A stretch of 64,000 nt of DNA, from assembly GCA_035624615.1 (NCBI GenBank), contig DASPRE010000002.1, forward strand, positions 1,160 to 65,159, read 5' to 3'. This document shows, piece after piece, positions 58,291 through 64,000 of this stretch. Within the stretch, counting starts at the first letter, position 1, and every line of letters starts with the position of its first letter. A model generated the notes under the pieces. The model ran no database searches, had not been told where the DNA came from, and saw only the letters and a program-made list of their open reading frames with translations. The position numbers and the translations under genes are program-made. Origin of the DNA: Burkholderiales bacterium. GTDB taxonomy: Bacteria; Pseudomonadota; Gammaproteobacteria; Burkholderiales; JAHFRG01.

Positions 58291-58991
58291 ATGAACCGCG
58301 AATCATCGTTGCGTTGGATTATGCCGACGCGAATTCCGCTTTGCAGTTTGTCAAAAGGGTCGAGCCTCAAGCCTGCCGTTTAAAGATAGGATTAGAATTG
58401 TATACGTCCGCCGGGCCGCAACTGGTTGAGCAATTGGCGCGGCGCGGATTCGGAATGTTCTTGGATCTGAAGCTTCACGACATTCCGCATACTGTTGCGC
58501 AGGCCTGCAAAGCAGCTTCCAGACTAGGCGTGTGGATGCTGAGCTTGCATGCCTTGGGAGGAGGCACCATGCTCGCGGCGGCGCGCGAAGCTGTGGGCGG
58601 GGTTATGCCTCGGCCGCTCTTGATCGCGGTTACGGTGCCGACTAGCATGGGGCGCGAAGAACTCGGACAGCTTGGAATTGGCGGTGAGATCGACGAAGCC
58701 GTATTGCGCCTTGCGCGCGTTGCGCATCAAGCCGGTATGGACGGAGTAGTTTGCTCGGGGCAGGAAGCGCGTCAGCTGAAGAAGCAGTTTGGCCGTGAAT
58801 TTTGTGTGGTTACCCCGGCTATCAGGCCGGCACAAACGGGCTATGACGATCAGCTACGCGTAACGACGCCGCGCCAAGCCGCGCTCAACGGGGCAGATTA
58901 TCTGGTCATCGGCAGGCCGGTCACACGGGCCGCCGATCCGCTGCGGGCTTTGGAGGAAATAAACAGGGAAATGGCGGGAAGCCAAGAATGA
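58287..58991 (+). CDS. pyrF: Orotidine 5'-phosphate decarboxylase
   Basis: IVALDY and DLKLHDIP motifs. The ATG overlaps the lapB stop (ATGA). Confidence 0.92.
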   Translation: MNEPRIIVALDYADANSALQFVKRVEPQACRLKIGLELYTSAGPQLVEQLARRGFGMFLDLKLHDIPHTVAQACKAASRLGVWMLSLHALGGGTMLAAAREAVGGVMPRPLLIAVTVPTSMGREELGQLGIGGEIDEAVLRLARVAHQAGMDGVVCSGQEARQLKKQFGREFCVVTPAIRPAQTGYDDQLRVTTPRQAALNGADYLVIGRPVTRAADPLRALEEINREMAGSQE

Positions 58992-59953
58992 AAACAAGAA
59001 AGAATGCTGTGCCGGAAAGAGGCGATCTTCGCGCGATGAACAGAGCGCGTGTGCTCGTGGTCGGCGACGCCATGCTTGACCGTTATTGGTATGGCGAAGT
59101 CGACCGTATTTCGCCTGAGGCACCGGTACCAATCGTAAGAATTGACCAAAAGAAGAAAGATGAGCGACCGGGCGGTGCGGCGAACGTTGCATTCAATGCG
59201 GCAGAACTTGGCGCGCAAGTGACCCTGCTTTCGGTCGTGGGCGTGGACGAGCCTGGAGCTAGGCTGGAAAAACTGCTCAAGCACAAGGGCGTCCGTGCCT
59301 TGTTGCACCATGACCGTAGCATTATGACTACGGTCAAGCTGCGAGTGGTAGGGCGCCACCAGCAGCTGGTTCGAGTGGATTTCGAGACTTCGCCTAGCCA
59401 TGAAGTGCTAGCTTCCAAGCTCGCCGACTTTGAAAAAAAACTGCCTGCGTGTGATGTGGTGATCCTGTCCGATTACGGGAAAGGCGGGCTCAAGCACATC
59501 GCGCGCATGATTGCGCTTGCCAACCGCGCCGGGAAGGTAGTGCTGGTCGACCCCAAGGGCGACGATTACCAACAATATCGCAATGCCACCATGCTTACCC
59601 CTAACCGCGCCGAATTCCAGCAAGTAATGGGGGATTGGAAAAGCGACAAAGAGTTCGCCGCCAAGGCACGGCAATTGATGCGAAAACTCAATCTTAAGGC
59701 ACTGCTGGTGACCCGAGGCGAGGAGGGCATGACCCTGTTCAGCGATGAAAAAATGGTGCATGTTCCTGCGCAGGCCAGGGAAGTATTTGATGTCAGCGGC
59801 GCAGGCGATACCGTAATCGCGGTGCTGGGGGTCATGCTGGCAAGCGGCGCGAAATTACCCGATGCAGTGCGTGTTGCCAATCGCGCAGCGGGCATTGTGG
59901 TTGGCAAACTCGGTACTGCTGTGGTGCACCGTGAAGAACTTTTTGCAAGTTAA
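58988..59953 (+). CDS. hldA: D-glycero-beta-D-manno-heptose-7-phosphate kinase (RfaE domain I only)
   Basis: VLVVGDAMLDRYWYGEVDRISPEAPVP and GAGDT ribokinase-family motifs. The ATG overlaps the pyrF stop; the alternative ATG at 59036 is also plausible. Confidence 0.88.
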   Translation: MKTRKNAVPERGDLRAMNRARVLVVGDAMLDRYWYGEVDRISPEAPVPIVRIDQKKKDERPGGAANVAFNAAELGAQVTLLSVVGVDEPGARLEKLLKHKGVRALLHHDRSIMTTVKLRVVGRHQQLVRVDFETSPSHEVLASKLADFEKKLPACDVVILSDYGKGGLKHIARMIALANRAGKVVLVDPKGDDYQQYRNATMLTPNRAEFQQVMGDWKSDKEFAAKARQLMRKLNLKALLVTRGEEGMTLFSDEKMVHVPAQAREVFDVSGAGDTVIAVLGVMLASGAKLPDAVRVANRAAGIVVGKLGTAVVHREELFAS

Positions 59954-59965
59954 GGACAACTCGAC

Positions 59966-60955
59966 ATGTACACAGTAGTAACCGGAGCCGCCGGGTTTAT
60001 TGGCTCCAATCTGGTCAAAGCGTTAAATCAGCGTGGTGAAACCAAAATTCTTGCTGTGGACGAACTGAAACCTGCCGACAAATTCGCCAATCTGGTCGAT
60101 TGCGAAATTGCGGATTTACTCGAGAAAGATGCGTTTCTCGGACGCTTGATCGCAGGAGATTTTGATGACGCTGTCAGCGCTGTTTTACACCAAGGCGCGT
60201 GTACCGATACCACCGAGAGCGACGGCCGCTACATGATGCAGAATAACTACCGCTATTCCGTGCAGCTGGTGGATTATTGCCAGGACGAGGACGTGCCGTT
60301 TATTTATGCTTCCTCGGCTGCGGTATACGGCGCTGGCAAGGTATTCAAGGAAGAGCGCGAACACGAAGCGCCGCTTAATATTTACGGGTATTCCAAATTT
60401 TTGTTTGATCAGATGGCCCGGCGCAGGCTGGGCGGGCGCGGCGCGCAAATCGCCGGCTTGCGCTATTTCAACGTGTATGGCCCGCGAGAGCGCCACAAGG
60501 GGAAAATGGCATCAGTGGCTTTGCATTTCTTCGACGAATTTCGTGCGAACGGAAAGGTGAATCTGTTTCATGGCAGTGGAGGTTACACGGACGGCGAGCA
60601 GCGGCGCGACTTCATATCGGTCGAAGACGTAATAAAAGTCAACTTATTTTTCCTAGATCACCCAGGGAAATCGGGGATCTTCAACGTCGGTACCGGGACG
60701 TCACAAACCTTCAACGAAGTAGCGGTGGCTATGGTCAATGCCTGCCGCAAGAGAACCGCCCCTTTGACCCTGAAGCAAATGCAAGGACAGGATATCATTC
60801 ATTACATACCTTTCCCCGAAACGCTGCAGGGCAAGTACCAAAATTATACTCAGGCGGATATCAGCGCGTTGCGCGGCGCCGGTTACGAGGAGCCGTTTTT
60901 GAATGTGGAGCAGGGCATCGCCCGCTACGTCGAGAGCCTGCTGCAACAGTCTTAA
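59966..60955 (+). CDS. hldD: ADP-glyceromanno-heptose 6-epimerase
   Basis: [11 protein letters not shown] Rossmann motif and YGYSK catalytic motif. Confidence 0.93.
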   Translation: MYTVVTGAAGFIGSNLVKALNQRGETKILAVDELKPADKFANLVDCEIADLLEKDAFLGRLIAGDFDDAVSAVLHQGACTDTTESDGRYMMQNNYRYSVQLVDYCQDEDVPFIYASSAAVYGAGKVFKEEREHEAPLNIYGYSKFLFDQMARRRLGGRGAQIAGLRYFNVYGPRERHKGKMASVALHFFDEFRANGKVNLFHGSGGYTDGEQRRDFISVEDVIKVNLFFLDHPGKSGIFNVGTGTSQTFNEVAVAMVNACRKRTAPLTLKQMQGQDIIHYIPFPETLQGKYQNYTQADISALRGAGYEEPFLNVEQGIARYVESLLQQS

Positions 60956-61032
60956 ACACGTTTCCGGGTGGGCTTGGAAATTTCAGCGAGGCGTTCGGTA
61001 TCATAATGACTGGCGCACTGTGAAAGCACCTC

Positions 61033-61920
61033 ATGTATAAAACCATCGAGCAGTTTGTCGGCGATACCCCGCTGGTCAGGTTGAAGCGCATTCCCGGGAA
61101 TACGACCAATACCATCCTGGTCAAGCTGGAAGGCGACAATCCGGCCGGGTCGGTAAAAGACCGCCCGGCGCTCTACATGATCACGCGCGCCCAGGCGCGC
61201 GGCGACATTAAACCGGGAGACACTTTAATCGAGGCGACCAGCGGCAATACCGGAATCGCGCTGGCGATGGCCGCAGCGATGATGGGTTACCGCATGGTGC
61301 TGGTAATGCCCGAGCATCTGAGTCTCGAGCGGCGGCAGACCATGCGCGCTTTCGGCGCGGAATTTGTGCTCACGCCTGAAAAAGGAGGAATGGAGGCGGC
61401 GAGAGACACCGCTGAACGCATGCGCGATGAAGGGCAGGGGATCATACTGGATCAATTTGCCAACTCGGATAATCCGCTGTCGCATTACGAAGGCACTGGC
61501 CCTGAAATCTGGCGCGACACCCAGGGCAAGATTACTCATTTTGTAAGCAGCATGGGCACCACGGGCACCATCATGGGCTGTTCGCGTTTTTTCAAAGAAA
61601 AAAACCGGGCGATCCAGATCATTGGTTGCCAACCTACGGAAGGCTCGCAGATACCCGGCATACGCAAGTGGCCGGAAGCGTATCTGCCCAAAATATTCGA
61701 CCGCAAGCGCGTGGATCGCGTGATCGAAGTGAGCCAGCAAGACGCCGAGGAAATGACACGCAGGCTCGCCCGTGAAGAAGGCATATTCGCAGGCATCTCT
61801 TCAGGCGGTGCACTGTGGGCGGCGCTGCAGGTTTCTGCGGAAGCGAAAAATGCCGTGATCGTGTCAATCGTGTGTGATCGCGGCGACCGTTATTTGTCCA
61901 CCGGCGTGTTCCCGGCGTAA
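61033..61920 (+). CDS. cysM: Cysteine synthase B
   Basis: Motifs GDTPLVRL, NPAGSVKDRPA and TSGNTGIALA. Confidence 0.92.
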   Translation: MYKTIEQFVGDTPLVRLKRIPGNTTNTILVKLEGDNPAGSVKDRPALYMITRAQARGDIKPGDTLIEATSGNTGIALAMAAAMMGYRMVLVMPEHLSLERRQTMRAFGAEFVLTPEKGGMEAARDTAERMRDEGQGIILDQFANSDNPLSHYEGTGPEIWRDTQGKITHFVSSMGTTGTIMGCSRFFKEKNRAIQIIGCQPTEGSQIPGIRKWPEAYLPKIFDRKRVDRVIEVSQQDAEEMTRRLAREEGIFAGISSGGALWAALQVSAEAKNAVIVSIVCDRGDRYLSTGVFPA

Positions 61921-61923
61921 TCG

Positions 61924-62703
61924 ATGACGCCTGTCCTAGCCTTTGACATTGAGACGGTCCCTGACACCGAAGGCTTGCGCCGACTTTACGCGTTCGGCCC
62001 CGAGATGGCAGCGAATGATATCGCCGAAATGGCTTTTCAGCAGCGCCGGCAGTCGACCGGCAATGATTTTCTACCGCTGCATCTGCACCGTGTGGTGGCC
62101 ATCGCTTGCGTGCTGCGCGATCGCGACGGCTTCACCGCCTGGTCTCTTGGCGATGCAAAAGCTACGGAAGCCGACCTGATTCGGCGCTTTTTCGACGGCA
62201 TCGAAAAATATACTCCGCAGCTGGTCTCCTGGAACGGAGGCGGCTTCGACTTGCCGGTACTGCATTACCGCAGCCTGATTCACGGCATCCCTGCCGCGCG
62301 CTACTGGGACATGGGGGAGAATGACAAGGACTTCAAGTGGAACAATTACATCAGCCGCTATCATTTGCGGCATCTGGATTTAATGGATTTGCTGGCACTT
62401 TATCAGCCACGCAATAACGCACCACTGGATGAAATGGCGAGACTCATCGGTTTTCCGGGTAAGCTCGGATTGGACGGATCAAAAATATGGGATGCTTTCC
62501 AGAAAGGCAAAACCAACTCGATCCGCAATTACTGCGAAACTGATGCCGCGAATACCTATCTGCTGTATCTGCGCTTTCAACTGGTGCGGGGAGTGTTCAG
62601 CAATGAGGACTATCGGCGCGAATGCGAGCTGGTGCGAACGAGCTTGAGCAAGAGCCCCGAGCCGCACTGGCGCGAATTCTTAAACGAGTGGCGCGCCGCC
62701 TGA
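61924..62703 (+). CDS. Stand-alone DEDD 3'-5' exonuclease related to the PolB exonuclease domain
   Basis: ExoI FDIET, ExoII SWNGGGFDLPVL and ExoIII YCETDAANTY. Starts 3 nt after the cysM stop. Confidence 0.8.
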   Translation: MTPVLAFDIETVPDTEGLRRLYAFGPEMAANDIAEMAFQQRRQSTGNDFLPLHLHRVVAIACVLRDRDGFTAWSLGDAKATEADLIRRFFDGIEKYTPQLVSWNGGGFDLPVLHYRSLIHGIPAARYWDMGENDKDFKWNNYISRYHLRHLDLMDLLALYQPRNNAPLDEMARLIGFPGKLGLDGSKIWDAFQKGKTNSIRNYCETDAANTYLLYLRFQLVRGVFSNEDYRRECELVRTSLSKSPEPHWREFLNEWRAA

Positions 62704-62718
62704 TTCCCGGATTCGCGA

Positions 62719-64000
62719 TTGTCTTCCGAAGCTGTCATTGAGTCCCTGGATCAGGAAGGCCGCGGCGTGGCGCGCGTTGCAGGCAAGGTGGCCTTTATCG
62801 AAGACGCCCTGACGGGCGAAGCGGTCGTTTACTCGGCTTACCGCAAAAACACGAACTGTGAGTTCGGCAAGGCGGAGCGGATACTGCGCTCAAGCCCCAT
62901 GCGGGTTGCACCACGCTGCCGCTACTTCGGAATCTGCGGCGGCTGCAGCATGCAGCATCTCGACGCTATAGCCCAGGTGGCAGCGAAGCAGCGCATACTC
63001 GAGGACAATCTCCGGCACATCGGCAACGTCAAGGCAGAAATGCTGTTGCCGCCAATCTATGGCCGCGAATGGGAATACCGGCAGCGCGCGCGTCTTTCGG
63101 TGCGTTATGTTTCGAAGAAAGGCGGCGTGTTGATGGGCTTTCACGAAAGGCGCAGCAGTTTTGTTGCCGATACGCAAAGCTGCGAAATCCTGCCACGAAG
63201 AATATCGGAACTGATCAATCCGTTGCGCGATTTAATAGGTAGCTTGTCGCTGCGAGAACGAATACCGCAGCTGGAACTCTCGATAGGGGAAGCGGCGGAT
63301 GTGCTGGTGCTGCGAGTCCTGGGCGAGCCGAATAACAACGACAAGGAATTGCTCAAGGCATTTGCCGACCGCCACCGGCTGCAATTTTACCTACAGCCGG
63401 GAGGGCCTGAATCCGCGTACGCCTTTTATCCCGAGAAAATGCCCGGGCTTTATTACACAATTCCCGAGTTCAACCTGACGCTGGAGTTTCATCCAACTGA
63501 GTATACCCAGGTCAACCATGCCATGAACCGCATGCTGGTGCGCCGCGCGATGCAGTTGCTTGAGCCCGCTCGCGGCGAGCGGATTGCTGATTTGTTCTGC
63601 GGTTTGGGAAATTTCACTTTGCCTGCGGCTCGCTGCGGAGCGAAAGTGACGGGAATAGAAGGCGTGGTGGAACTTGCGCGGCGTGCCGAAGAAAACGCCG
63701 TGCGAAACGGATTAAAAGACTTAACTGATTTCCGTGTTGCAAATCTGTTTGAAGCGACTGAAGCTTCATTGGCGGGCTTCGGCCGCTTTGACAAAATGTT
63801 GCTTGATCCTCCGCGAGATGGCGCGGTGGCAGTGGTGAAGTCGCTGGGGGACAGTGCACCGCCGCGTATCGTTTATATTTCCTGCAATCCCGCGACGCTC
63901 GCGCGGGACGCAGCGGTGCTGGTGCATACCAAAGGCTACGGGCTTAAGGCGGCTGGTGTAATCAACATGTTCCCGCATACTTCGCATGTCGAGTCAATCG
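62719..64000 (+). CDS. rlmD: 23S rRNA (uracil1939-C5)-methyltransferase RlmD/RumA; the 3' end lies outside the window
   Basis: This frame is open to the window edge, which is why it is absent from the ORF track. FeS ligands CRYFGICGGCSMQH, SAM motif DLFCGLGNFTLP, and C-terminal YISCNPATLARD...MFPHTSHVES. The putative TTG start at 62719 is the first start-like codon after the in-frame TGA. Confidence 0.85.
   Translation, partial: MSSEAVIESLDQEGRGVARVAGKVAFIEDALTGEAVVYSAYRKNTNCEFGKAERILRSSPMRVAPRCRYFGICGGCSMQHLDAIAQVAAKQRILEDNLRHIGNVKAEMLLPPIYGREWEYRQRARLSVRYVSKKGGVLMGFHERRSSFVADTQSCEILPRRISELINPLRDLIGSLSLRERIPQLELSIGEAADVLVLRVLGEPNNNDKELLKAFADRHRLQFYLQPGGPESAYAFYPEKMPGLYYTIPEFNLTLEFHPTEYTQVNHAMNRMLVRRAMQLLEPARGERIADLFCGLGNFTLPAARCGAKVTGIEGVVELARRAEENAVRNGLKDLTDFRVANLFEATEASLAGFGRFDKMLLDPPRDGAVAVVKSLGDSAPPRIVYISCNPATLARDAAVLVHTKGYGLKAAGVINMFPHTSHVESI

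Noticed and set aside
1-64000. CRISPR arrays, IS elements, REP/ERIC-type dispersed repeats and prophage genes anywhere in the window.
   Set aside because: Visual scanning found no regularly spaced direct repeats, no terminal inverted repeats flanking a transposase-like ORF, and no phage structural or integrase motifs. A self-dot-plot or repeat finder would be needed to exclude short dispersed repeats.

Overview
This window looks like a core chromosomal segment of a betaproteobacterium. The protein sequences and gene order resemble Nitrosomonadales-type genomes, but I cannot determine the species from sequence alone. It is densely coding and mostly housekeeping.

Recognisable gene blocks:
- yhdP-like/nit/tldD.
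- B12 handling genes (btuF-like, PduO-type adenosyltransferase) and two tandem cytochromes c.
- A co-directional run of a fused flavoprotein, an rnfB-like gene, nth and a DUF1841 gene.
- ald and pyrD; the N-end-rule pair aat/bpt; sodC.
- LPS/envelope glycosyltransferases, rhlE and gabD.
- ubiG with a gph-like gene and mtaD; an OmpA-family gene.
- A long co-directional block: gyrA-serC-serA-pheA-hisC-tyrA-aroA-cmk-rpsA-ihfB-lapA-lapB-pyrF-hldA-hldD-cysM-exonuclease-rlmD.

RNA genes: tRNA-Arg(CCT) at 25964-26039 (-) and tmRNA/ssrA at 40300-40662 (-).

I found no CRISPR array, IS element, transposase, integrase, restriction-modification, toxin-antitoxin or other recognisable defence or mobile module.

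No single locus clearly qualifies as a novel multi-gene system. The loci most worth follow-up are:
1. A translationally adjacent sensor histidine kinase plus a Hanks Ser/Thr kinase fused to two receiver domains (32434-36099).
2. An 1178-aa GltD/NfnB-like plus PyrK/NfnA-like fused iron-sulfur flavoprotein with an unassigned N-terminal region of about 250 aa, next to an anchor-less RnfB-like ferredoxin (10631-14922).
3. A DCC-thiol-oxidoreductase::lipase-maturation-factor fusion membrane protein (26146-28026).
4. An AT-richer stretch just 3' of ssrA, holding an orphan 289-aa protein, an alpha/beta hydrolase, a URO-D-like gene remnant and an orphan terminator (38022-40299).
5. A class III cyclase-PEGA protein with non-canonical specificity residues, followed by a lipoprotein gene (3407-4996).

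All functional calls come from reading motifs by eye. No database search or computation was run.
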